NCBI GenBank assembly: GCA_038534015.1
Contig: JBCAXQ010000001.1
Span: 30,572 to 94,571, forward strand
DNA from: Pseudomonadota bacterium
GTDB lineage: Bacteria; Pseudomonadota; Alphaproteobacteria; Sphingomonadales; Sphingomonadaceae
Length of the DNA stretch: 64,000 nucleotides
Direction: 5' to 3'
Part shown: positions 40,239 to 50,203 of the stretch, piece by piece
Position numbering within the stretch: position 1 is the stretch's first letter
Layout: each line of letters begins with the position of its first letter
The notes under the pieces: generated by a model
What the model was told of the DNA's origin: nothing
What the model saw: only the letters and a program-made list of their open reading frames with translations
The model's database searches: none
Program-made: the position numbers and the translations under genes

Positions 40239-40717
40239 TGCCCCGAATGCTCAGCAAACTCCTGTTCATAGGCCTTCAATTTTGGACGGGCAGTTGGCAG
40301 CATAACTGTCTGACCCTGAGAAGCTGCTACGTCTGTTGTCGCGCATCATTCCGTGTAGCCGCCTGACCTACGGTGACCGCAGTTCCCCCAGCTTCGGCTG
40401 TGCTGCCTACGTGGAGGTCGCGCCATAACTGCAGGTCGCCGACAACGCATCTGGCATCCTCTATACTGTTCTTAAGTTATCTGATTGGCTGAATCTCTGG
40501 CAGCATTTGTTAGCGTTGTACTTGCTTTTATTTTGCTCCCTTCTGACAACTTCCTAAAGACATTCCATCCACCAAACTGCGCGCAATGGTTTTAAATAGC
40601 GCAGCTTAGACGAGTGTGTTCGGTTCCGTACTTTCGTATCGGATCGAGCAGTTCCGAAGTGAGCTTGTGGATGCGCCCGATCTTGGCTAGCGTTCGAGAT
40701 GTCGCACAGGGTTTCCA

Positions 40718-41626
40718 GTGGTTTTCTCGATGGATCAGAATTCTCAGACGCTGGAAGATGTGGCCCGTTACGGGCCGCACCAGCACCACGTTGTCGACAT
40801 GAAGAGTACAGGAGCGTTACCTACGCACTTTGTCGAGATCGATGTGGCTGCAGGGTCAAACCGCTTCACACCGCACTCAGAATTCATGCTTGGTCAGATC
40901 TTGCGGATGACGGATGTCGGTCGCATCGACAACGAACACGGACGACGGCCTTATACGCGTTCCGACCCGGGAGACCTGGAACTGGTCACGCCGTGGTCCA
41001 ATGGGATCTATAGCTGTGATGGTCAAACAAACCTCATACTGATGTCCATTTCGCCGCGACATATCGACGACGTTCTGGAGGGGCAGAGAAGCAGCTATCG
41101 TGGTGATTTCGGGCATCTCCATTCAGGCAAGTTCAAATCCATCGCGATCCGGAATCTCTTTGATCAGCTTTGGTGGTGTTGTGGTCAGAACAAGCCGTTC
41201 AGCAATTTGGCGGCTGAGGGATTGCGGACAGCAATCATCGCTCAACTCTTGAACCTAAGCCAACATCAGATTCATTTGACCTCTGGATCACGTCACCGGA
41301 TTCCCTCGGGTGTGATGCGCCAAATCGACGACTTTGTGGATACCGTGCAAGACGCCAAGGTCTATACACGCGATCTCGCAAACATTGCCGGAGTGCCGGT
41401 GTCAACGTTCTCTAGGGTCTTTCGCGAAACGACCGGGCAGACGGCCTATCAGTACGTGCTGGAACGTCGGATCGCGCGAGCCCGGCAAATGCTGGAGAGC
41501 AGAGAGGACCCACTGGCGCAGATCGCATATGATGTCGGCTTTTCGAGCCAGGCTCACATGACCGATGTTTTCAAGAAGCGCATTGGCATCACGCCGGGTG
41601 AGTATCGCAAGCAAAGGCGGGACTGA
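40718..41626 (+). CDS. AraC family transcriptional regulator
   Basis: IAYDVGFSSQAHMTDVFKKRIGITPG. Confidence 0.92.
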   Translation: MVFSMDQNSQTLEDVARYGPHQHHVVDMKSTGALPTHFVEIDVAAGSNRFTPHSEFMLGQILRMTDVGRIDNEHGRRPYTRSDPGDLELVTPWSNGIYSCDGQTNLILMSISPRHIDDVLEGQRSSYRGDFGHLHSGKFKSIAIRNLFDQLWWCCGQNKPFSNLAAEGLRTAIIAQLLNLSQHQIHLTSGSRHRIPSGVMRQIDDFVDTVQDAKVYTRDLANIAGVPVSTFSRVFRETTGQTAYQYVLERRIARARQMLESREDPLAQIAYDVGFSSQAHMTDVFKKRIGITPGEYRKQRRD

Positions 41627-41745
41627 GCGACCTGTCTCAGTGCTGGACCTCGTCGCCCGTCAAAAGTCGCTTGAGTTGCTCAGCTGCGATAGTGTTCTGC
41701 TCGGTCGATCGCATGAGGAGATATTCTCATTGGATGTCAGGCCCA

Positions 41746-42069
41746 TTGTTTGATCTCAATGTCAAAGGGTTCTTCTTTACTGTTCAAAAAGCTCTCCCTC
41801 TCATGCCCACAGGTGGCTCGATTATATCGACGGCTTCGGCGGCGCACTCGAAGGGCGCACCTGGTGGCAGCCTCTATTTTGCCAGTAAAAACGGTCTGCC
41901 GGATGATGTTATCGAAACAGTAAAAGCAGATCGCGCCGCAGCGTCTCCTCTCAAACGCTACGGAAGGCCTGAAGAAGTCGCTGAAACGATCGCTTTCCTC
42001 GCCTCGCCTGCGGCGTCATTCGTCAATGGTGCGGACATTGTTGTGGACAGCGGTTTGTTGGCCAGTTAG
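41746..42069 (+). pseudogene. SDR remnant
   Basis: FDLNVKGFFFTVQ...ASAAHSKG..GSLYFASK closely matches 33851-34603 but lacks the Rossmann N-terminus and the segment after YxxxK. Confidence 0.75.
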
Positions 42070-42109
42070 CTGCCATCGCCAAAAATGACCCAAAATTTGT
42101 AGAGATCCA

Positions 42110-42922
42110 ATGACATATCATGACACTGTCATAGCGCCTGTGAACTTTCTTGTGAAAGGGTCTGTGAAACCCCGGATATTCGTGGATGAAAATGGAAAAC
42201 CGGGACATCGGGAAGACTTCCCAAGGCAGGAAAGGCACGTCGCAATTCGCGATGTGCGGCCGAGCGCTTCCGATTATGAGCTTGAGCGCGACGGTCTTGC
42301 ATTTGCAACCCATCACAGCACTGTACCAAGTTTCGAAGAGTTCGAACAACACCACACCACCTATGACGCGGAAATACGATCCCTGATTAGATCGCTCACC
42401 CCAGCAAGCGAAGTGGTCGTCTTTGATCATACCTTACGGTGGGACACGCCCGGACGCACCGGACGGAAACCCGTGCGACATGCTCACGGTGACTACACGG
42501 CCCGATCCGGGCCACAGCGGCTTGCCGATCTCTTGGCCGCTGATGAGGCCTCTCGTTGGGTGCACAAGCACTTTGGCATTATAGATGCCTGGCGGCCAAT
42601 CAATGGCACGGTTCAGTCAGCACCTCTGGCCTTTGTTGAGCCTAAATCGCTGTCGTCCGGCGACCTCTTAGCGACAGATCTGGTTTATCCCAATCGCGTT
42701 GGAGAGATTTACGAACTCACGTATGATCCAAGCCACAGCTGGAATTACCTGTCGGAACAGGAAAATCATGAAGTTACCCTGTTCAAGACGCTTGACAGCG
42801 CGTTTGGAGATACCCAAGAAATCGCCCCACACACGGCCTTCGATCTGCCCATCACCCGCCAACACCCGCGCCCGCGGCACAGCATTGAATCGTGCGCGCT
42901 TGTGTTGTTTGACTGCGCCTAG
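42110..42922 (+). CDS. CmcJ/NvfI/AsaB-like oxidoreductase
   Basis: FDHTLR, HGDYT, WRPI, PLA, PHTAF and R.SIE motifs. Confidence 0.8.
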   Translation: MTYHDTVIAPVNFLVKGSVKPRIFVDENGKPGHREDFPRQERHVAIRDVRPSASDYELERDGLAFATHHSTVPSFEEFEQHHTTYDAEIRSLIRSLTPASEVVVFDHTLRWDTPGRTGRKPVRHAHGDYTARSGPQRLADLLAADEASRWVHKHFGIIDAWRPINGTVQSAPLAFVEPKSLSSGDLLATDLVYPNRVGEIYELTYDPSHSWNYLSEQENHEVTLFKTLDSAFGDTQEIAPHTAFDLPITRQHPRPRHSIESCALVLFDCA

Positions 42923-43650
42923 AACGTCTCTTTGAATGGGCGCAAGTCTGCCTCGAAGGTCCAAGCGGACGGATGCTGGAGATGTATTTGCCAATAGCTT
43001 GAGGCTATGGCGTCCGGATCCAGCATCCCGTTTTCGCCCATTCGATCCTTCAACGTCGGGTTCCGGCTATTGAGGCGTTCGCCATCAATGCCGCCATCGA
43101 TGATCACATGAGCCACATGGACGCCGTCCGGACCAAGCTCACGCGCAAATGTTGCGGCAACCGCACGCAACCCTGCCTTGGCTGAGGCAAACGCCATGAA
43201 AGGAGGTCTCGCTCTCAGAGACGCTGTCGCACCTGTGTAGACAAGAGTGCCCGCGTTTTGCGCTTTCATCCGTTTGCCAGCCTCGCGGCCACATAGAAAC
43301 CCGCCCAAGCAACATACTTGCCATGCAGAGGTGAAATAGTCCGATGAAATGGTCAGCGTATCATGTGTAAACGCGTTCCCAGCATTGTAAGCGACCAGGT
43401 CCAACGCGCCATCAATTTCATCGATTTGCGAGAAGAGCGCCTGCACTTGGGCCTCGTCTGTGACGTCAACAGTCATTCCTCGAGCCTGTCCTCCGGCGTC
43501 CGAGATAGATCGGGCCAAAGCATCAACCGCGTCCTGCCGACGTGCCGCGACAATTACATACCGACCCTCAGCAGCAGCTTTGCTGGCAATTGCGGCACCC
43601 AGCCCGCGTTTTGCTCCGGCACCTATAATCAGCGCTATTTTCTGGGTCAC
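42919..43650 (-). CDS. SDR family oxidoreductase
   Basis: IIGAG...GLG, YNAG, TGATASLR, FASAKAGLR and HVAHVIIDG. Confidence 0.9.
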   Translation of the reverse strand: MTQKIALIIGAGAKRGLGAAIASKAAAEGRYVIVAARRQDAVDALARSISDAGGQARGMTVDVTDEAQVQALFSQIDEIDGALDLVAYNAGNAFTHDTLTISSDYFTSAWQVCCLGGFLCGREAGKRMKAQNAGTLVYTGATASLRARPPFMAFASAKAGLRAVAATFARELGPDGVHVAHVIIDGGIDGERLNSRNPTLKDRMGENGMLDPDAIASSYWQIHLQHPSAWTFEADLRPFKETF

Positions 43651-43786
43651 TTGGTCTCTCCAAAGTTATGCGATTATCGGTCTACTTCAATAACCCCCGC
43701 CCTGTGTAGGGAAAGCGGGCGGGGGATTGTCGGCAACACATTGAACGTCACTTCAAAAGACGGCATGAGCGCCGAGGCCGGGAGGA

Positions 43787-44686
43787 CTATGCGGAGAGAA
43801 AATCGTCTATCATTGTCGCGCATTCCTCCGGGAACTGATGCTGCGGACCATGTCCCGCCATAGGCAAAATCGCCAGTCGGGAATCGGGGATTTCGCGATG
43901 TAGCAGAAGCTGGTTCTGCAGCGGGTAGCACGGATCGCGGTCTCCGTTCATGATCAGGGTGGGGTGAGAGATTTCCTTGAGACGCGCGAACCAAGAACTA
44001 TCACCGGCCGAGTAGTTCACGATGATCTGTTCAAGATTTCTCCACTGTTCTTCCGGTACCAAAGGCTCCTGTCCGACGCGTTGTTGGGCTTCGATCCGGT
44101 CTTCTGCCAGACGTCCTCGCGCTCGACTGTCAGGACTGTCGGCATAAAAGAGAATGACTTTGTCTTCAAAACTCCAGGGCGTGCTTGTCGCAGTCTGAAA
44201 AAAGATGTCCTCCGGCGGTTCTGTTTCGGCTGACCCGGGACAGGAGGATCCAACCAGCACTACTTTTCGGATCAAATCGGGATGGTTGATCGCCAGCATC
44301 TGGCAAACATATCCACCCATCGAAAAGCCTAGAACATCGACTTTTCCCAAGCCCATCGCTTTGATGAATGCGGCCGCGAAGTCGCCTTGGTCTTTCGCTT
44401 CTGTCGGGACTGATCCGGACGTGCTGGAAATCCCGATATTGTCAAAAATCACCAAACGGCGGTTCGGCGCAAGAGCTTCAAGGAAGGCGGGGTCCCATTC
44501 ATCCATCGTGCCACGAAATCGTTGGCAAAACAGCAATGGAACGCCGCCGTCTGGCCCCATGATCCGGTAGGCAAACCGAATGCCATCCGCCTCAAGAAAC
44601 TGTGTCTGCGCAGGCGCGCGGAACGTTACGGTGTTATCCGCGCCCACTTCGGAAGCGGGATGTACGTTTGTGTTGATGATATTCAT
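43787..44686 (-). CDS. Alpha/beta hydrolase (paralogue of 36736)
   Basis: RFRGTMDEWDP, GFSMGG, NGDRD and GHGPQHQ. Start 44686 or 44719. Confidence 0.9.
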   Translation of the reverse strand: MNIINTNVHPASEVGADNTVTFRAPAQTQFLEADGIRFAYRIMGPDGGVPLLFCQRFRGTMDEWDPAFLEALAPNRRLVIFDNIGISSTSGSVPTEAKDQGDFAAAFIKAMGLGKVDVLGFSMGGYVCQMLAINHPDLIRKVVLVGSSCPGSAETEPPEDIFFQTATSTPWSFEDKVILFYADSPDSRARGRLAEDRIEAQQRVGQEPLVPEEQWRNLEQIIVNYSAGDSSWFARLKEISHPTLIMNGDRDPCYPLQNQLLLHREIPDSRLAILPMAGHGPQHQFPEECATMIDDFLSA

Positions 44687-45333
44687 GGCATTGAACTCCT
44701 GTTTCACGAACATTGGCAAATTTCTGACCAGTGAGCCGGCGTAGTGACCTGGTCGTCATGGCTGAGAATGCAGGACATCGTTTGCTATGTATTTCTGGTT
44801 TTGAGCGTTTCAGATTCTTGCGCTGAGTTGAAACTTACGTGCCGACAGGAGATGTGGCGAGTGTTTGCTGGCGAGAGCGAAGCAGCGCCAGGCGACGGCC
44901 TGTTTCTTCGGCCGCGAACCTGGCCGCGTGTCCGGACGGCGAAAAACCCTCCTTGCTTTCGAACGAATTGCGTCGGAACCTTGGTACTCAATCGCCAGCA
45001 AAGAAAATTAAGAGCACTTCAATTGGCTCAGAAACTAAAGGCCCGCCAGACGCTTGAAGAGATTTTGTCTTCTTGTTCGGACACGCCCATTCTCGGACAG
45101 CACGACGACGAACTGGCTATCGCAGACGAGCCGCTCATGATCGACGGCGAGCACCTCGACACTGCCGTGCGATCATCGAAGATCCAGGCACTTATCACGA
45201 GTCGATCCATTGCATGTTGAAGCGCACCGGCATCACTCAATGAAAAGGACTTGATTAGGTCCACTTTCGCGCAAACCTACCAGTAGCCGATGTGAACCAA
45301 TCCCGTCGTGTCCGCCCCCAGTTTCCGACATTG

Positions 45334-45396
45334 AATGTTAGCAAAGCGAATGCTGCGCTGCGGCAAGCGTTTTGATCGCTGAAGCCCGGTCTGGGC
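45334..45396 (+). repeat. Degenerate copy of the 65-bp repeat
   Basis: AATGTTAG...GCTGCGCTGCGGC in the same register, with a TGGGCG end. Confidence 0.55.
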
Positions 45397-45569
45397 GATC
45401 CACAAAGATGGAGTGTCACTAAAGTTGCCTTAAGCGCGCAACGTCGACATGCGACACTCCAGTGAAGTCTTCGTAAACCGCGGGGGATCAAGAGCGGCAG
45501 TCCTTGCAGGCAGCGCTGCTCTCCTGCACCCTTTCGGGCATTCAGGTCGAAGTTTCTACCGGAGGGGAT

Positions 45570-47294
45570 ATGCAAACTGCATTCAAAACGTTGAGCATCG
45601 CCGTGCTGCTGGCGTTCGCTCCCAAGCCGTCATTTGCGCAGATATCAGTGGCTGACCTACGCGCCAGTCTTCACGAGACAGCAAAGCGCGGCCATCAGGC
45701 GATCCCGTACAACCAGACGGATGAGGCGCTTGCGGAAGTGTTCGCCGATCCGGCGGTGCCAGGGAACCTCATCCTGTTCTATACGGGCCGATCACAGGAC
45801 GTTGGTCTCTGGGTCAACCAGAACGCCGAGGACGGGTGGAATCGAGAGCACCTTTGGGCGCGATCTCGTGGCGTCCGACCCATGCCGATGAACAGCGATC
45901 TGCATAACCTCATGCCGACGGATGCCAGTGTGAACCAACGGCGCAGCCACCTCGACTTCGACGATGGTGGCGCGCCTGAGGGAGAGGCTCCCGCGACATT
46001 CCTGGACGGCGATAGCTTTGAGCCTCGCGACGCTGTGAAAGGCGATGTGGCCCGTGCCCTCTTCTACATGGACATCCGCTACGAGGGTACGGATGGGGAG
46101 CCGGATCTGATCCTCGTCGAAAGAACCACACCATCAGGCGGACACACAATCGGCCACCTCTGCACATTGCTGGAATGGCACCAGGCAGATCCGACGACGT
46201 CTGAGGAGGTCGCGCGAAACAATCAGATCGAAGCTGTCCAGGGGAACCGGAACCCCTTCTCGGATGACCAGGATCTCGCTCTTCGTGTCTATGGTGAAGC
46301 ATGCGGCGTCACGACGGCGGTGCCTTTGGAAGCGCCTTTGAACTCCCTGTCCATTGGCACCTGGAATATCGCCAATCTGCATCACGAGAGCGGCGTTGCT
46401 CTGCGTGGCGGATCCGGGGCCCGTGACGACATCGACTATAGCCGTCTCGCCGCAGTCGCCGCGGATCTCGACCTGGACATCGTTGCCCTCCAGGAGATTG
46501 GCTCGCCCGCGGCGCTCGCGCGTGTCTTTCCCACGGAAGATTATCACCTTGTGATGTCGAGCAGGTACCGGGCGGGCGATGAAGGCCGCCCGGCAGAAGA
46601 ACGTGACATCTTCACAGCCATGGCATTTTCAAAGGCAAAGTTCCCGACCGCACCAAGCGTCGAAACACTCTCGGCTTTGCGAATTGATCATGTTGGCTTC
46701 GATCGAGACGGCACACCGAGCATCCGCCCAACGCGCGCGGCGATGATCACCGAGCTCACGATCGACGGTCATTTGGTCAAGGTCTTGAACGTCCATCTGA
46801 AGTCGGGGTGTCATGGATGGTCTCTGGATCCAGTCGTGGACCAAAGCCCAATGTCCCAACGCCCCTTTCGATCGCGTTTCGACTGCCGCACGCTGAAAGC
46901 GCAGCGCGCCATCCTTGAGAACTGGTTGGAGCAACAAGCGACCCAAGACATTCCCACCATTGTGCTCGGCGACTTCAACCGGCGCCTAAACGCAACGAAC
47001 GCCGCTTTGGAGGAAATCGATGACTTCTGGCTGACCTTGAACGACGGCACCCCCGAAGACCTCTCACTGGTAAAGGGTCCTATCGGGCCGGATGCCATTT
47101 GCTGGCCTCAGCATGCGAAGCGCTTCGTGGAGCACATAGATTTCATCGTCATTGATGCTCTACTGAGAGACTTTGCGTCGCCCGACGCTCCCGTGAAGCA
47201 CTCAATGGGCTTCGAAGACGATGCGCGCTATGCGGATCGAAGTCGCCAACGTCTTTCGGACCATTGCCCGGTGTCGATGACGCTGCGCTGGTGA
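45570..47294 (+). CDS. Secreted endonuclease I (His-Me finger) fused to an EEP nuclease/phosphatase domain
   Basis: NREHLW, DLHNL, KGDVARALFYM..RY and QGNRNPF; TWNI, ALQEI, VHLKS, GDFN and SDHCP. Confidence 0.9.
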   Translation: MQTAFKTLSIAVLLAFAPKPSFAQISVADLRASLHETAKRGHQAIPYNQTDEALAEVFADPAVPGNLILFYTGRSQDVGLWVNQNAEDGWNREHLWARSRGVRPMPMNSDLHNLMPTDASVNQRRSHLDFDDGGAPEGEAPATFLDGDSFEPRDAVKGDVARALFYMDIRYEGTDGEPDLILVERTTPSGGHTIGHLCTLLEWHQADPTTSEEVARNNQIEAVQGNRNPFSDDQDLALRVYGEACGVTTAVPLEAPLNSLSIGTWNIANLHHESGVALRGGSGARDDIDYSRLAAVAADLDLDIVALQEIGSPAALARVFPTEDYHLVMSSRYRAGDEGRPAEERDIFTAMAFSKAKFPTAPSVETLSALRIDHVGFDRDGTPSIRPTRAAMITELTIDGHLVKVLNVHLKSGCHGWSLDPVVDQSPMSQRPFRSRFDCRTLKAQRAILENWLEQQATQDIPTIVLGDFNRRLNATNAALEEIDDFWLTLNDGTPEDLSLVKGPIGPDAICWPQHAKRFVEHIDFIVIDALLRDFASPDAPVKHSMGFEDDARYADRSRQRLSDHCPVSMTLRW

Positions 47295-47460
47295 CCACTT
47301 TCGAGCACTCTCTCGGGCTGAAGTCAGAGGTCCTGATTATCCACAGAGTGTGGTGTTACTTCAGAGCCTGACGGGCATCGGCAGACGGTTGAACTGATCT
47401 TTGATCAGGTGTAACTTCAATCCGTTTTAGAATCCTCGATTACAACAGGGACCTACAATA

Positions 47461-48660
47461 ATGAAACGTATATTTGCGAGCGTAGTTGGTTTTCTCGGAC
47501 TGGCAGGTTGCTCGCTGCAGTCAAACGTACAGGTCAGCGCACTCGATTACAACAGAGCGATTGCCAACTCGAACAACTCCCAGATCCTTCTGAATATCGT
47601 TAGGGCGAGTGAGCAGGAACCACTCTACTTCTCCAGGATCGGAAGCATTACAGGATCGTTCGAGGCAACTGCGGGGATCCAGGCTGCAATCCCGGTCGGA
47701 CCGAACGTTACCAGGATTACTCCACCGAATGTAGCGGTAAACACCGTCACCCCGAGTGCGACCATCTCCACCAAACCAACTTTCGACATACAGCCACTGG
47801 ACGACGAGAAATTCTGGGAACGAGTGCTAAGGCCAACATCCCTAAACGTGTTCAACTACTTCTGGCAGCAGGGGTGGCCCAAACAGCTTCTTATCCACTT
47901 GTTTGTTGAAGACGTGACAATCAAGCTACCAAACGGCCCAGTGTGCTCTCTTTCGAGTTTTCCGCCGGCCAGGTCTTCCTTCAGTAACTTCGATGCATTT
48001 GCCGCAGCTCTTGCCGAGCTTCGACCAATTCTGAAGCCGAGACCGGCCAGCAACATCGGACTGCCTATATCGGTGACAAGTGTTGAATCGCTGCAGCATA
48101 TGCAGAAGCTCCTTGACGCAGGCGTATCGTTCACAGTCGTTGAAGGCGGAAAGATTCAACTACAAAAGAGCGCACAAAGTGACTTGATCTTTGGCGACAG
48201 TTCAAGTGGTGGGAAAGAGTTCGACGGTCCGGTCGGACGTTGCAAGCAGACGGTTGTCGATGAACTGCGGGCGTTCGCGAAGGACGCTGCAATGGCTGAT
48301 GTCCCCAAGCCAGTACCGGGAGTAAGCGCAAAGGTTACCCTTAGGTCTCCGCACGGGATCATCGTATATGTTGGAGAGATACTGCGCGCACAGCTCGGCA
48401 ATCCCGAACTTGGTTCGCTCGAGTACGTGGGATACACTAGAGGGGGACTTGAAGATCGCAACGTAATTTTCAATGCGCAAACAGGCCTAGCCGGCGAGGG
48501 CATTAGCGTCGACTACGAAGGCACAGTCTTTTCTGTGGACCCGGAAGACAGTTCATCAGATAAGAGCACGCTTACGATCGCGCTTATACAGCAGGTCTTG
48601 TCAATTAGCACCTCGGTTGAGGGGTTCACTCCAACCGAGACTGTTAGGTTTTTAGACTAG
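47461..48660 (+). CDS. Hypothetical lipoprotein
   Basis: LAGC lipobox; ILLNIVRA...P.YF motif. Confidence 0.75.
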   Translation: MKRIFASVVGFLGLAGCSLQSNVQVSALDYNRAIANSNNSQILLNIVRASEQEPLYFSRIGSITGSFEATAGIQAAIPVGPNVTRITPPNVAVNTVTPSATISTKPTFDIQPLDDEKFWERVLRPTSLNVFNYFWQQGWPKQLLIHLFVEDVTIKLPNGPVCSLSSFPPARSSFSNFDAFAAALAELRPILKPRPASNIGLPISVTSVESLQHMQKLLDAGVSFTVVEGGKIQLQKSAQSDLIFGDSSSGGKEFDGPVGRCKQTVVDELRAFAKDAAMADVPKPVPGVSAKVTLRSPHGIIVYVGEILRAQLGNPELGSLEYVGYTRGGLEDRNVIFNAQTGLAGEGISVDYEGTVFSVDPEDSSSDKSTLTIALIQQVLSISTSVEGFTPTETVRFLD

Positions 48661-48709
48661 TTAACGAACAAAGACCAACTACTCTGGATAGCTGAATGAT
48701 GCTTCACGG

Positions 48710-49939
48710 TTGATCTGGATCTTTTTATCGAAACCGCGGACCAGGAGTTATGTATTGAGAAGCCTATTCAATTTACTGAGCAGAGTGTGGCCAGTGGTAG
48801 GCTGTGCCGTATTCTCTATGAACCTCCTGCTGTTTGCGACAGCGTCGGTTGCCGGCACATTGTCAGGGCGCGAACTGCGAAACCTTGTCGTCGGAAACAC
48901 TCTGCTCGCGGAGACTAGAAATGGAGCGCCATGGCGCTTGTTTGCTTCGAGCGATGGCACCGTCACGTTCCACTTCGCTTCCGGCCTCTTGCAAAGAGGG
49001 CGTTATAGTTTCGCTGGAAACTCCGTTTGCTTTCAGCTACCTGATGTTGATCAAGACTGTCGAATACTGAGGTCAACTGGCGGCAATTACCTTGAGTGGA
49101 CAGCAGCTCAGAGACCGCAACTGGGTAGTTCTTACATTCTCAGTAAAGCAGAAGGCGATTATTTCGCGCTCAGTTCTCTTCAGAGTGGCAAGTTTTTCCG
49201 GTCGCTACAATACACGACGCCTACGACGCTGATGCCTTTGCGGATCCAGGTGAGAACTGGATCCAGGTCTATAGTCGACGAGATATTTCTGAAGCTCAGT
49301 GGATAGCCCAAGAGGTCAAGACAACATGGCCTTACACACAGATCTTCCTGGCTAGGAACGGGTGGTATGCAATTGCTATTGGACAGGTGCCAACGAACCA
49401 GACAGAACGCTATCTGAGCGAGTGGAAAGCACAGCGGCGTATCCCCTACGATTCCATCGCCAGCACAGGTCGGCACTATCGGCACAGGATCCCGGTCTCG
49501 AGCTTCCGGCCTAGCGAGGCTCTGTCAGTCACTCGGCAAACACCGAACACTCGTCAAGGCGTTAGTGCCCAGCGCACGAAACCTGCGGCTTGCTATAGGG
49601 TCTCAGACTTTTGCCTTGAACTCACGGCCAAAGCAACTGGATGTGGGTTCGTCGCCCAGGCTGGACTTGACGACGCACTGGGGGCGAACTCGTGTGCCGC
49701 CGGTGGGGCTTGTGACGTCGGTTGGTTGCACTGCCTTGGTAAGCGAGTTAGAGGGACTCAGCGTAAGCTTGGCGGACTTGCTGATTGCAGCAGCAAGTGG
49801 AGCGGCCGGTGGCGCAGCAGCCGAGGCTTACGAGCGCGGGGAATACGGGCGTGCGTTCGGGTCACTTCTGCTCGCACTTGGCGGCGCTTACATAGCAACA
49901 ATTTCTTGTGAGAACAGTTTGCGGTCTGCTTGTCGGTGA
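48710..49939 (+). pseudogene. Frameshifted secreted multidomain protein
   Basis: Protein-like sequence moves across three frames: signal plus LSGRELRNLVVGNT; then WIQVYSRR...NGWYAIAIG...IPYDS; then GCTALVSELEG...SCENSLRSAC. Confidence 0.55.
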
Positions 49940-50001
49940 ACTCGCCTGAGAATTCCAGCCGGGGGATCCAACGGGGGTGCGCAGCGACCCCCTTGGCAAG
50001 G

Positions 50002-50029
50002 GTGCGGGTATTACCCGCACACACCTTGC
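50002..50029 (+). other. Candidate MOBP-type oriT (inverted repeat + nic-like octamer)
   Basis: Perfect inverted repeat GTGCGGGTA-T-TACCCGCAC immediately followed by ACACCTTG|C; a GC hairpin lies just upstream. Confidence 0.5.
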
Positions 50030-50141
50030 GACCTATGACGTCCCACGCACATCTCGCGACCTATGACGTCCCACGCACATCTCGCGACCTATGACGTCCC
50101 ACGCACATCTCGCGACCTATGACGTCCCACGCACATCTCGC
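50028..50141 (+). repeat. Four perfect tandem 28-bp repeats
   Basis: GCGACCTATGACGTCCCACGCACATCTC starting at 50028, 50056, 50084 and 50112, with no spacers. Confidence 0.97.
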
Positions 50142-50203
50142 ATCGTCTCTTAGTCTCATGCTCAACTAACCGAGTTTCCCAAGAAGTTGAGGGAAGACGG
50201 GTC

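Noticed and set aside
44744-45220. 158-aa plus-strand ORF
   Set aside because: No recognisable motif or RBS, and it overlaps the upstream regulatory region of the hydrolase.
47337-47345. Perfect DnaA box TTATCCACA
   Set aside because: Single copy with no rep gene or box cluster nearby; compatible with chance.
50028-50141. 28-bp repeats as a CRISPR array
   Set aside because: The units are head-to-tail with no spacers, and there are no cas genes in the window.
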